This document shows positions 39,956 through 53,764 of a stretch of 64,000 nt of DNA, one piece after another (position 1 is the stretch's first letter; the number at the start of each line of letters is the position of its first letter). The notes beneath the pieces were generated by a model. The model saw only the letters and a program-made list of their open reading frames with translations, was not told the origin of the DNA and ran no database searches. The position numbers and the translations under genes are program-made. The DNA lies in NCBI GenBank assembly GCA_028534125.1, contig CM052832.1, positions 19,780,001-19,844,000 of the forward strand, given 5' to 3'. The stretch comes from Lama glama. Its lineage: Eukaryota.

Positions 39956-42900
39956 ATGCACACATTTATATCCAGATCCCCTGACTCTGAGGTGCTTCAA
40001 ATGAACAGAGTTATTTTAGAATGTTCCTTGAGCTGAGTCCTACAGCGTTGGCCCCGGGTAATTCTTTTCCTCAACTTCTTATCATCATTTATGCCTTCTG
40101 TACCCAGGCTGGGTAGACACTTAGCCAGGAAGCCTGAAACTGTTACTGAATTCAAGTTTCTGATTTAAGTGGGTGACCTGAGGGTGGCTAAATACCTCTA
40201 AAAATCCTCATCCATCTTGTTTCAAAGTCCAGCCGTCTCTTTGTCTGCCTGCCAGCTGTTTCCAGTCTGAGACTCACTCCCAGATCCAGTTCACCCTAGT
40301 GATAAGAGTTGAAATAATTTAACAATACCATTCCTTCTGTAGGAAGCTTTCTGAAGCTCCCTCACTCTAGTCCCAAGGTTGAGATAAATGCTTTACAGAG
40401 ACACTAAATAAAGTGATCACAGTTCATGATATTTAAATATTAATCATATCAAATTCTTTCCACTAGAATAAGACAGGGCTCATTCTGTCCAAGCTTTCTT
40501 TTTCCTTTTGAAAGCATTCGTAAATATTTTATACTTTATATAAGCACAGATAAACCATGCATATTGCAGTCATAGGTACCAGACTTTCTTACATCTGACC
40601 AAGGCTGCAGGTACATTTAGGGTAAAATTAATAACAAAAATTGCCCTATCTTTAAACCCTTCTAGATTAACTGCTAGAACTTCAAGTCTAACCTTCCTGG
40701 AAAAAAACCCTACTGTGGCTAGCCCTTCTGAATCCAGTGTCTGATATCTTCGTCTCTGTTGCTACTCGAGTTTTTCATGGGGCTTCTCCAAGCTTTGTGT
40801 GGATTGACCTTTCACAGTCTTGGCTGCTGCTCCCATCACACTGTCTTAAGATTTCACTCTTCTCTTCATCACTGCTATTAACCTCATCACAGATGGCCTG
40901 GTCCAGCTCCCAAAATGGCATCACTAAAACAGCAGAAGGAATCTCTCCCAACATCATTACAATGTTTTGTTAGGCCTCAAACAGAGCTGCCTTTTACCCC
41001 ATTTCTTTTGGAACTCCACATGGCTGATGAGCTCTATCATTTGACTCATTTCAATTTTACTGCATAGAGTGCTTCTTAGAATCCTGGTACAAAATCTCCT
41101 GGGAGCTAATTTGAAAAACAGTTTCCTTCTTGATAATCTCTTCTCTGTCTCCATCTCTTCCTACTGATACCCAGTTAGTATCCCCGAATAGAATCAGTAC
41201 ATTCTAACAGTTTCCTCAGAGTGAATTTTTTCTCCTTTCAGTTTATTTTAGAAGTGCAAAGATACCCTTAATTTACTCTGTATTCTCAGATCCAAAAAGG
41301 TCTACCTTTAGTCAGTAACCTCAAAAAAACTTTCAATCCTTCAGAGATTTGGTCTCGTTTTCTTTAATCTGCTCTGATATATTCTGAGATACTAAAGTGC
41401 TAACAATTGGCCCAGATTAAGACCCCTTCCTGGTGTCCTAAATATATATGTTCATCAAACTATAAATTCTAACATTACCATTGGGCATAAGGCAGCCAAA
41501 TACCCTGTTTTCATGTAATTTACAATGTTCTAGATGACATACAAAGAGGAAAAGACTGTACCTGGGTGTCCATATGAAATGTATAATTAGACAATAAAGT
41601 CATTTTATAATTTTATACATTAAAAAATCAGTCCTTTGATTTCAATTTTCCTAGCTGACAGAATAGAAAATACCAAAACTGGTATTTTGCTTATATAAGA
41701 AAGAAACAGTAGCCAATGACCTGTTGGAAAAATAACTTCATTCCCTCAGCTTTATTATTACAATTTGGAATACTCACATTCAAGAATTCCTCCAAGGTCT
41801 GAAAAAAATTGTAACCAGCTTTAAAAATAGGGCTTTCTTCTTCTTCTTGAAGTCTACCAAAAAACTTTCTTTTCTCTCAAGACCCATTGAAATAATTTAT
41901 CAGTCACTATTAAAGTTCTTCTCCATTCACTGAGTTTAGAAAGCACAGAGTCATAAGAACTAAAATCTCCCAGTTCCTCTCTCATTTTCTAAATGCTAGG
42001 GAGCTGTCGGTACAACCAGATAAAAAGTGGCATTATCTTAGAAGTTTCAGTAAATAATGGCTCTCAAATGCAGAGTCCAGACAGAGTCACAGTGGCTTCG
42101 ATGAGTCAGCCTGGAATGGGAAGCTGCCCTTGCACAGCAGGGGGCGAGGGGCTGAGAGCGCCAAGGTTTGTGTCTCCTTTATAGAGTCCAGGTGTTCTCT
42201 TAGTTGAAGAAGGACCTTTTTGTCCATATTTCTTTCAGTGCTTTCTTTCTCCCTCCAGTAGAATCACGGGGCAGACCCTCCACATGGAGAGAGAAAACCA
42301 CTTTTCTATGGGATCATAGAATTTTCTGCACAATAGGAATACACTAGCTGCAGAGGTCAATCCAAAACTGAAAAAACTAAATGAAGGGGTTCAGAAATAT
42401 AAACTAGAAGTTGTGGTGCTTTGTCACCTGCTGCCGCTCTTCCATTTAATAATAGAGTAATTGCTAATTCATGATGATAAGCCAGAAGGAGGATGATTAT
42501 GCATGTGCCTGTACAATGGTAAGAAGTGGCACTTTGTTTCCCGAGGCTGCCACCCAACAAAGGCAGCAGTGAGAAGCGGGGTCTGGTTACCCTGGTAGCC
42601 GTGGTGCTGAAGCTGGCCATCTTGGCATCACTCCGACTGGGTTGTCTTTGTACTCACAGACTGCCAGTGCCCTCCCTGTTCAAAGGATGAATATGTGGGC
42701 CTTTCCACAACATCGTGGCTTAAATTAGTTGGATACATGGGGCCTCTTGCAGCACCTGCTCCCATTCTCAAATTCCAGCTCTGTTGGGAATTATTATCTA
42801 GCTCTCTTCTTCTCTCACCCTCTCCCTTTGTAATTATGTTTAATCCCACAGACACCTGCTTTGGCTTTGGGGGACTCCTGATAAAAAGAGATGAAAAGAC

Positions 42901-45900
42901 CTTTTTTCCATTTGTATCCAAATCTACCAAATAAACACAACAGGCCCTGGCTAATTAAACATGTCTAAGGGGAAGGTGTGAGAAACCCCCCTGAATCAGA
43001 CTGAGTGCATACTCTCCTTTGGTGCTGTGGGGTCATCTCTGCCTGGCTTCAAATTCAGAAAAAAATGTAAACCTTATTTAAAACCTTCTATCCCTGTAGC
43101 TTCTGATAGCAATTCTCCTTAGATCTTCTGTGATGATTGGATTTTCAGCAATTTCATTTGAAAAGCATTGTATTCCTCGCTTTCTTGACTGTGGATAAGA
43201 CAAGTGAATAACAGACTAGATAATCTGTTAATGAAAGGTTAACTTGAAAATTTCATATCTCAAAAGAAGGAGGTTTTCTTTTTCACATCTTCACCCATAC
43301 CTTGTCACCCAGATTTTAAAATAATTTTATTAAAATTAAAAATTAAAATTATTTTAAAATAACTTTTTTCATTACAAATTACTTTACTTTGAAAATGCAG
43401 CATAAATCTTCATCTTTCATCCTCTGAAATATCTGTATTTGAAGTAAAACATTTTAGAAAACTGGAGAGTTTGTTCTGAATATTCATTGGCATGCTACAC
43501 ACAAACAAATAGTGTTTTTTATCTTTAAACATTTATGAAAGGATCCTGGGACATTTGTGCTTTGGTGAAATTTAACAGAAAATTTGAGGGGAAAAACAAT
43601 TCAGCGAAACTGGTTGGTGGATGTGAAAAGATTATAAATAATTTAAAATAATATCTTTATATATAAAATAACTACCGAACAGTAGAAATTTCCTTTCCCT
43701 TTCCACACAGAGTTTTGATGTAATCAGCAGAAACCTTGACAGATGTCTGAAGCATGATGCTTTAAGTTCCATAGGACATGGTTCTTGATTGTGCTGAAGG
43801 TCTTACTGAGAAGCAGGCTCTCTTTAGTCTCAGAGTTTGCAGACAGATGTGCTCATCAGTTTGGATTATTCTCTTGTGTGGGTGAAATGACTTTTTTTTC
43901 TCGCTTAGGACCAAAGGTAAAGGAAGAACAATCTAAATACAGAAACAAGTTTACAGTAAAAATACAAAATCATACAGGCTAAAAAACATCCTGCTTAAAA
44001 AACAAACAACCTATTGAAGTCTCCTGGTGTATAACCAATAACTGTCACATAACTTTTCGAGTTCAAACCTAGATTGAAAAGCCACACAAATGTATGCATT
44101 TATACATTTGAGTTTTCCTTTTCATTTTATTTGGCTAAAATCTTAAAATCTGCATAAATCTACATAAATTACATAAATAACCAAACTCTACATAAATCTG
44201 CCATAATAATGCTTATGTTTTTTGGGTGTATGTTGTTTCTAATGTGTATTAAATAGTTCAGGAATATGTCATTAAGCATCATGTGACATTTTGGATTATT
44301 TTGGGAGAGTAACTGGAACATGTTGGGAAACAAGAATATTTTATTAGGAAAGGCAGAGCATCAGATACAGACACGAGGCATTATATTAAGGACTGTGAAT
44401 GTCTTGATGGTGCTAAGGCATTGAGCTAGTTTGTGATCCAAAATGATAATCTTTATAGTTCAGTGTGAGAAAAAAAAATGAACTACTGTGTGTTTATTTG
44501 TATCTAAAGATAAGAAAGGAATGAGGTGTAATAAGGGAAGTATACACAATATATGAAATTATTTACTCTGGAACCCCCATTCCTCTCATCTGCCGAGCAC
44601 TTGTGTGTTTCAGAGTGGGTGAGGTATCGGAAGGAAGCATTCACCCTCGTAGAAGACTACCAGTGATTTCTTCATGCGGGTGTCTGTTGGCTCAAAATTG
44701 TGTGATATATTGCAATCTGCATGCCTTTAGTTAACTGGGATTTTAAATGACATTGTCTTATTTTAACTAACCTAAATCCTCATGAAATGGGCAAGTGGCT
44801 TAAAAAGGGTCCTGAGGAGTAAGTATGGGTCAAAAATAATATGGATCCTGTAACTGCAGTAAAGAATAAGAGATGGTGGAGCTGACACTTGTTTGTTTCC
44901 TATGAGCTCTTTCATCAACTGCTTTAGGAGAAAACGATGATATAATCAGACCTGACAAGAAATTGGTACTCTAGAATTAATATTATAGAGAAGTTTGTTT
45001 GAAATATGTTTATCCACCACGGTTAATGACGAGCTTCACGTTAACTATATATTTAGCTTCCCGATTTTAGCTAGGAGTAATGAAGCTGTAACACTTAGTA
45101 GATATTTTTTAATGTTATTAATTTCATTCTAATTCATGCTTTAATTTTTTTCTATTTTTGTGTGCAGATCATAATGCATAGATCTGTTAGCCCTTATTAG
45201 TTCTGCACCATACATATGTACGTTATAACATTATCTGGTCTAAGAGACGTGCATTTGATTGTTGGTTCTCCTCTATGCTCTGTGTGTTGTTGGCCAAATC
45301 ATATAAACCTCTCTGGGCATCAGTTACCTCAACTAGAAAATGATGCTCAGTTACCATGTCCAAGTTAATTGTTTGGGTTGGTAAAGACTTAATGATGCCT
45401 AGCCTCAGGAATCTTCTGCCAGGGTTTTAATGAAAAGTGAAAAAGTCCCATATGCCCTTCCCCAGAATCCTTAACCAATAGCCTGTCTGTTAGACTCTGC
45501 TTCACAAAAAGAAATCTGTCGGTTGAGATCTTACCACTTAAAGGAAGCATGAAGTTATCTCCAGGCTCTGCCTGAAAAAGAAAATGAATACATGTATAGT
45601 TTCCAAGGTAGTGTTGCTACCAAAAACATATGTATATTTAGGAAATCTGCTTGAACTTTGGGTGACCTGAAATCTACCAGCGCATATTACAGGCTGGGAC
45701 ATCTGGTGGTCGATAAACGTATTTATTTATTTATTTATTTTACACGAAGCAGCTGTACTTGAGCAGATGACCAGGGGCTGTGCAATCAGAGTGTGAATAG
45801 CTGAATTAGTAAATCATATTAGGCTTCTTAGGCACTTGTGTAAGGGCTGCATGTGCCTTTTTAATTTTCCTGTATTAAGGTCGGCCCCAAACATAGCAGT

Positions 45901-46283
45901 GTTAGCAGTAGGGTTATTAGTGACTTATTTGCTTCATTAAAATTTATGGCACATTTTACATCCACCATCTGGGGCAATGTCTCCCCACTTCACTGTTAAA
46001 ATGTAACTTAAAACCATGCCTGGCACTGATAAATCCTGAAAAAACTACTCTATAGATGGAATTCTTTTTTTCTAATGCCAGGATTATCCTGCCAGGAACT
46101 CAGTACACAAACACCATAAGAGCAGAGGCAATATTTCCAGTCCAACCACACTCAATCACTGCTAGGACACAAAGTCTTATGCCCAAGTGTTTTGCTGTAA
46201 GTTTCTTATTTTTAGGTAAAGCAAAGAAAAAAATAGAGGGGAGTTGTTATTTTAAAGTTGTAAACCCTGTGGAAAAAAATCTT

Positions 46284-46373
46284 TTTTTTTTAATTGAAGT
46301 ATAGTCAGTTACAGCGTGTCTATCTCTGGTGTACAGCACAATGTCCCAGTCATGCATATACATACATATATTT
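46284..46373 (-). mobile_element. Very short (90 bp) L1 3' tail
   Basis: tttttttaattgaagtatagtcagttacagcgtgtc...gtacagcacaatgtcccagtcatgcatata, flanked by TSD gaaaaaa(a)tctt (46272-46283 and 46374-46384). Confidence 0.85.
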
Positions 46374-46818
46374 GAAAAAATCTTAAAGTGCCTTTGATAG
46401 AATAGTGAATATCTCGATCTCCTGTGGTTTAATTCAAGGATATTTGGGTTTAGGAAGTTGCAAATTATAAATTACAGTATGGATTTAAAGTTATAGAGTG
46501 AGATATTGAAGAGGTGATGGACTTTCAGGGCCTGCCTGATTCACCACATTGTCTGATTAAGTTCTGAGGAAAAATATTAGTGATGGTGGTATAAATACTA
46601 CTTCCAAGCTTAACCTCTGGTCTCTTGTTCAAATGTATGGGATAGAAATCTCAGTCTGGAATGGAAGACTCTTGAAGACAGAATCTGAGATACATTTCAC
46701 AGTGGAGCCCATCAGATGGAAAAGATATTTGGGGTAATACTTTGTAGATCCACAGTCACTTGGGGGTGTACATTCTGTCTATTAAACAATATTTGTTTTG
46801 TCACCAACAAATACACAG

Positions 46819-46883
46819 ACTCTCTGTCTCGGTCTCTCTCTCTCTCATACACGCGCACACACACACATACACACACACACACT
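46819..46883. repeat. (CT)n-(CA)n compound microsatellite
   Basis: ctctctgtctcggtctctctctctctcatacacgcgcacacacac... Confidence 0.9.
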
Positions 46884-49800
46884 ACTAGAATTCTTTGGTT
46901 TCCAAGATTTAATGTCAAACTGTAAGTGCACTACGGTGAAAGACTGAATCAAGGTTGTTGTGTTGAAAGAGAACATATTATGGTCCAATGTGTGTCACCT
47001 ACTGGCTGTATTATCTCTGTGTTAGTTTTCTTATCTGCGAAGGGGGAAAAGAAATATTTTTTAGACTTCTTATCTAAAGTTTGTAATAATCAAATCAGAA
47101 CATGAATATTTAAAATTTTGGAAAAAGCTTAAAGCATTATTAAAAAGCAAGCTATATATTATTATTTTTCCCATAAGAAAATAAAATATTTGAATAAAAA
47201 AGTCCTTGTAAGGTTAGAATCCACCCTTCCAGACAATATTTTTTTTAAAAAATCAGACAGATGAGATAATATCTGAGTATTAAAAAATCCAGAAATGGGA
47301 TTGAAAAACTTCTTTGGAAATTCACTGCAAAGATTAAATGTCCTTGCTGACAGATTTTTCTTACTTTCAACCTAAATTTCTGATCCTTTATTAGAAGCTC
47401 ATTTTATTTTTCCACAGAATAAAGTCTCTTTAATAAGAAATAGGAGAACTAATCGGTAAAGACCCTTCTGATCCTGAAGTGACTTTTACTAAATCTCTCC
47501 TCAGTTTTTTTCTTTTCTAAGTAAAATAATGAAGTTTAATTCTTTTCCAAAAGTTCTGTTTTACACCCCAAGAATCTTCTTGATTCTTATGATTTCCCTA
47601 ATCAACTCTATCCTCAGAGAAAAGAACTGAACCTAATATAACCAACTGAGTATTGGCTAAAACACCATCTTATTAGAACTAGAGTCTGTATTCTCCTTAG
47701 TAAACTCAATAATATAGTGGGTTTGCAACACACACCCAAACATAAATGAGTCTTGATTTTAGACCAAGTTCTGTAAGAAGTGATGTTAATCTAGTTTAAT
47801 CCTTTCTAAGTACCAAAACCTTGACTATGATTTTTAGCTATAGTTTCAGAAGAACTTGGAGATTAATGAAGATTATAGCAGGATCTATGAAAAAATGATT
47901 GAGTCCATTTCTCTAGTGATGAAAATTATGTTCATTTTACTATTCATATTCAATTCAAGTTTCTCTGTCACAATAAATTTTAAAAATTCCAGATGACTCC
48001 GACAGCCTAGATCCCAGCATGAAAATGATTTTGAGCCTATCTTTTGCCCTCCTAAATTGGACAGGTAGTGTTACTGTTATTTAAAGACAGTGATATTTTT
48101 GGTGATACAGCCTATTCTTACTGATATCGCTCTGGATTACTTTTGATGCAAACAAAAAATATGTAAGCTTAAATGTGTATGTTTAATATTTACAGATTCC
48201 CACTTACAGTAAGGATGTAGAAAGCCACATAAGAGCCACTCTCATCTTAATGATAAGAAAAAGCTGTTTAATCTTAAACATTCATATTTTTTAGCCCATC
48301 ACAGAGCTCAAATTACAAGGCAACCAGGTAAACTAAATACTCCAAGGTGTTAGACCCTCCAAGGAGAGACGGGTCACATGAATATTTTACCTTTGGCAAG
48401 TATGGGAAGATGAGGAAGCTGCCATAAAAGTGAGCAAGGAAACTACAAATAAAATTTCAACTAATTTTTAAAGACTGAGTAGGGGTTAAAATATTAGTTT
48501 AAAATCTTCAGAGACAGCGCTCAAAAGGGGAGTCTACACCCATTGTCAGCCACTAACCACTGGCTTCCACTGGGTGATCATATAAAATATTGGGATAAAG
48601 TCAAGAGACTTGAGAGAAACATCCTTTATAGCACAGGTGTGCAGGTCCTGTCTAGGTTTAAGGATGTAGAAGTATTACCCAGAGAAGTTTGTCTATGCTT
48701 ATATGATTACAAAATGATGATTGACTGCTGCTACTCATCCCTGGACCCTGCTTGAACATGAGAACAAAAGCTATCTGATGTTGGAGAAAGGGAAAGTTTC
48801 TTCTTACCGTCTCAGTCTCTACCTTGATTTGAAGCATAGGTATGCTATCACTGAGGGGAATGTAGAAAAATAACCTCCACAATGTGTTAATGTGATTGCA
48901 AAAACATGTGCTACTGTAGAGGAACAGGACACAGCTGTTATCCAGGATCCTGCAGTGGTATAAGATGGAGATCTCTGTTGCTAGGAGAGGGCAGGAAAAT
49001 CACTATCATTATAGCTTCCCACCAATATAAAGAAGAGTTTGACTGACATGGGGTGTAAGTAGAATGCCCACTTTCTAGACCCTACTTTTAAGGAAGAGGT
49101 CATTTGCCAGTAAGGAAGGAACAGAAGTGGTGAGAAAGCTCCCCCTTTGATGCTTTGATGCTCAGGTGTATATGGCATGCCAAAGACTGAAGGTAGAACA
49201 GAAGAATGGAGAAGTACCCTATTCCTATCACAGCTCTGCACCAAGTAAAAATCAACAGGACTATATCCTGAAGAAACAGCAAGAGTGTGGAGACAAGACT
49301 TTGCCAAAATCTGACAGTGGAGAAGGAATACAAAGAAAATTCTTTAGCTCTCCATGCCTCACAGTAAGCAAAAGTAGCAGTGGTTTGTCACCGGAGGAAT
49401 TAAAAGTCTGTGGAGGAATAAAAGTAACTAGAGCAATAACAAAACAATACCTAGTCCAACTACAGACTAGAATGACTGAACCAAGTACACTAATGGCTTG
49501 GCAGAAGAAGAGGCATGCTCATTTCCAATAATAAATGCTATATTTCTCAGTCTCTGCTGTTGTTTTACACATCAAATCTAGCATCCAATTAAAACTTATG
49601 AGAAACAGAACAAAAATAAAAGACAAGAAAAAACTCACTTTCAAAAGGCTAAAGCAATCAACAGAAACATACTTAGAAATGACCCAGTTGTTGGAACAGT
49701 GATTTAAAACATAATTAATATGTTAAATGACATAGTAGAAAAGATAAACAGTATACATAACAGGTAAGGAATTTCACAGAGGGATTACAATTATACAAAG

Positions 49801-49935
49801 GAGTCAAATGGAAATACTAGAAATGAAAAAAAAATCAGAGGTGAATAATTTCATCAATTAGCTTACAAGTAGGCTAGACACAACACAGTCAAACAAATCA
49901 GTGAACTCAAAGACAGTTATAGGATTATAATAACT

Positions 49936-49937
<2 letters not shown>

Positions 49938-49970
<33 letters not shown>
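49938..49970. repeat. (CA)n microsatellite
   Basis: About 16 CA units. Confidence 0.95.
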
Positions 49971-49972
<2 letters not shown>

Positions 49973-51004
49973 CAGACACAAAGAAATGGTTAAAAAAAAT
50001 AAATCAGATCTTACAAGAGCTGTAGAATAGTGGGTAAATATAAAGGCTTGAAGTTGAAGTTGCAAAAGAAGAAGATAAAGAGAATGGGGAAGAAGAAAAC
50101 AAAGGATAAAGAGAAAATCATGAAAGTGGCCAAAAAAAGAGAGAGATTACACATACAATTTAAAAGACAAGAACCACAATAGTCTTCTTAAGCCAGAAGA
50201 CAATAGAACAATATAATGAAATTACTAAAGAAGAAATAAAAACTATGTCCAGATAAAATATGTTTCATAAATTAGGATAAAAGAAAATCTTTTTGGAAAA
50301 CATAACCTGAGAAGATTTATTGCCAGTAGGCTTAACCTGCAAAAAATGTTAAAGAAAGTTATTCAGTAGAAGAATGATATCCAGGTGTAACTTTGACACA
50401 CAGTAAATTGAAGTGCACTAGAAATAGCAAAAAGTGTGAGTAAATATAAAGGAATTAGTTTTAATTTTTAATCTTTTTAGAAAAGACTTAATAATCCATA
50501 TTTAAATTAGTAACAGTGGGACTTTATAAGATATAAAGAAATGAACTGTGACAAAAATCTCACAAAGAATGGAAGTCAGTAATGGTTCTGGCACCATATG
50601 TGAAATAATATAACATTATCTGAAAGTAAACTGTAAAAAATTAAAATATGTCACACATGTCTAGAGCAACTACTGAAGAGAATATAGTTTACAAAGGAAT
50701 ATAGTTTACAAACAAGAGATAGAGAAAAAAATAGAACTGTGAAACGATTCTATCTAAAGAAAGGCATGGAAGAGGAAAACTAGGATACAGAATCAATGGA
50801 ACAAATAGAACACAGATAGCATATAGTATATTTAACCCAACTATCTATGTGATTACATTAAATATAAGTGTCCTAAATAACACAATTAAAATCAGGAATA
50901 GATGAATAATAAAGAAAGATCTTACTCTACGCTACTTAGTGGAAACCCAGGTTTTTTTTTTTAAAGAGACATAGATTACAAGTAAAATGAGATGATATAC
51001 TATG

Positions 51005-51478
51005 TCTATTAGCTCCCTGTGGCTGCTAAAGCAAATTACCACAAACTTGGTGGCTTAAAACAATAGAAATTTATTGTTTCACAGTTTTGGATGCCAAAAG
51101 TCTGAAATCAGTGTCATATCGCTGAACCAAAATCAATGTCAGCACTGGTGCAGTCCCTCCAGAGGATCTAGAAGAAAATCTGTTTCTTGCCTTTTTCAGC
51201 TTAAGATGACTTCCAGCATTCATTGATTTGTGGCTGCATCACTCTAATCACTGCCTTCAGGTCATATTGCCTTCATCTCTTCTGTCTGTGTAGAATCTCC
51301 CTCTGTTTCTCTCTCATAAGGACAAAAGTGATTGCATTTAGGACTCACTCAGATAATCCAGGATAATCTCTCTCTTATTCTTAACTTAATTACATCTGCA
51401 AAGTCTTTGCCATATAAAGTGACATTTACTGTTTCCAGAGATTAGTTTATAATATCTCTGGAGGCTTAGTTTAGGACA
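51005..51478 (-). mobile_element. MaLR LTR (MLT1-like) nested in L1 ORF2
   Basis: ctattagctccctgtggctgctaaagcaaattaccacaaacttggtggcttaaaacaatagaaatttatt...cttaattacatctgcaaag; degenerate 5-bp TSD ctatg/tcatg; the L1 resumes afterwards. Confidence 0.9.
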
Positions 51479-53764
51479 TCATGTAATTATTAATCAAAAG
51501 AAAACTGGAATGGCTATATTAGTATCAAGAAAGTAGATTTGATAAGAAGGAAAATTGCCAAAGTTAATTAGGGACATTACACAATGATGAAGAGATCAAT
51601 AGTTAGAAGTTATAATAATAAAAAATGTGTACAGCTCTAATAAAAGTGCCTTAAAGTACACAGAACAAAGTTTAACAGAGATGAAATAAGAAATAGAAAA
51701 ATCAACAAGTATAGGTAGAGATTTGAATAAACCTATCTCAGTAATTGATAGAATCAGTAGGGAAAAAATCAGCAAGAATATAAACTTCAAAAACACCAAC
51801 AACAAACTTGACCTTTTTAACATTTATAAAACACTGACCTAACAATAGCTGAATACAAATTCATTTTAAATGCAATGGAATATTTACCAAGTTGTATGAT
51901 AAAACAAAATTCAATAAATTAAACAAATTGAAATCATACTTTTGTTTTCTGACTCCAGAAAAATAAAATTAAAAAGAAAAATCATAATGATGTTAAAACA
52001 ATACATAGGCTACACACACACACACACGCACATGCACACGCACACACATACACAATAAAGGAAAATAGAAAATACTTTGAACTTAAAGAAAATTAAACAT
52101 GTTCAAATTTGTGGAATATAACTAAAGCAGTCACTAAAGAGAAATATATAAGATTAAATGTTTGCCTGAGAAAAGAATATTTCAAAGCAATTACTTCAAG
52201 TAATACTTTCAGAAATTAGCAAAGGAAGAGCAATTAAATTCAAATTAAGCAGAAAGAAGCTAATAATAAAGGTAACAGCAAACAAACAAACAACACAATG
52301 AAGTGGAATACAGAAAAACAGAGAAAAATCAAAGTAAGCCAAGTTGATTCTGTAAAAATATCAATACAATTGGAAACCTTTATCTGGATTAATGAAGGAA
52401 AAAAGGGAGAAACCAAAATAACCAATATGAGAAATGAAAAGAATAATTATAAAAAATGCAAATATTAAAAGGGTGACATTGGAGTATTATAAACAATCTT
52501 TTGCCAATAAATTCCATGATTTAGATACAAATGACAAATTAATTGAAAGTCGCATACCAAAAGAGTTTACTGAAGAAGACATAGATAGCCCAGATAACGC
52601 TATATCAATTAAGTGAACTAAACTAGTAATATAAAACTTTTTCAAAAAGAAAATTTCAGGACAATATAATTTTACTATTGAATTATACTAAATACTTCTA
52701 AAATTTTAAAAATTATAATTCTACACAAATTTTTCCAGAATGTAAAAAAGATAGTGGCAAACTGTCCAACTCACTTTATGAAGCTAGAATTACCCAGAAA
52801 ACAAAATGAGACCAAGACATTACTAGAAAACTAGACTGATATCCCACAAGCAGAAAGATTAAAAATTATTTTCAAATTATAAAATTATAATCAACCATAT
52901 ATAAAAGTTATAACTCTTTATGTCCAAACAGGATTTATCCTAGAAATGCAAAGTTAGTTTAACATGTGAAAATCAATTTAATTCATCACATTCAGAGACT
53001 AAAAGAGAAAAAAATAAGTATTTATATCAGTAGAGACAGCAAAAGTATTTGACAACATTTAATATACATTTGTGTTAAAAAAAAAGAATAACTCTCAGCA
53101 AAGAAAAAATAGAAGAGAACTTCCTTAACCTGATAGAGTGCATGTATGAAAACCTAGAACTAACATCGTACATAATGGTGAAAGAGTGCTTTCACCCGAA
53201 TATCAGGAACAAAGCCAGAATATTTCACTCACCACTTGTGTTCAACTTTGTGTTGGAGGCCCTATCTAGTTCTATAAAGCAAGAAAAAAAGTAAAAGTCA
53301 CCCATTTTGGAAAAGAGAAATAAAACATTTTATTTGCAGCAATATTATTCTCTAACTAGAAAAATCCTAAAATATCTACAAAAACTTTCCGGGTGTAATA
53401 CAGGATTTTAGTAAGGATACCAGTTCAGCACACAAGCCTTAATCATATTTCTACACTAGCAATGTCCAACTGGAAATTGAAATGAAAATAAAAACTTTGA
53501 AATATATCAAAACATGAAGTATTTAAGAGTAAATTTAACAAAACACAGGAAAGACCTATAAACTGAAAACTCCAAAATTTTGCTGAGAGAAATTAAAGAA
53601 AATCTAAATAAATGAATTGTGTACTTTTTTCATGTGTTAAGAATCTCAAAATTGTTACAACTTCTTAATTATCTCTAAAGATTCAAAGAAAACACAATCA
53701 AAATCTAAGCAGATTATTTTGTAGAAAGTGAAATATTTATTTTAACATTTATATGAAAATACAG

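Larger units (their letters stand above)
48195..53762 (+). mobile_element. Old L1M element: 5' UTR, ORF1 and ORF2 (EN to RT) remnants, 3' part missing
   Basis: ORF1-like 49650-50400 (gagtcaaatggaaatactagaaatgaaa; aagccagaagacaatag); ORF2 EN (tcaagaaagtagattt...gggacattacacaatgatga) and RT (tatttgacaacatttaa; cactcaccacttgtgttcaac; ttgctgagagaaattaaagaa); no intact frame. Confidence 0.88.

Noticed and set aside
44592..44648. Possible hairpin gggtga...tcaccc
   Set aside because: Stem too short and imperfect for a pre-miRNA; no known small RNA recognised.
50680..50712. Direct repeat gaatatagtttacaaa x2 (a similar 15-bp duplication lies at about 790-818)
   Set aside because: Simple slippage duplications with two copies and no spacers; not CRISPR-like.
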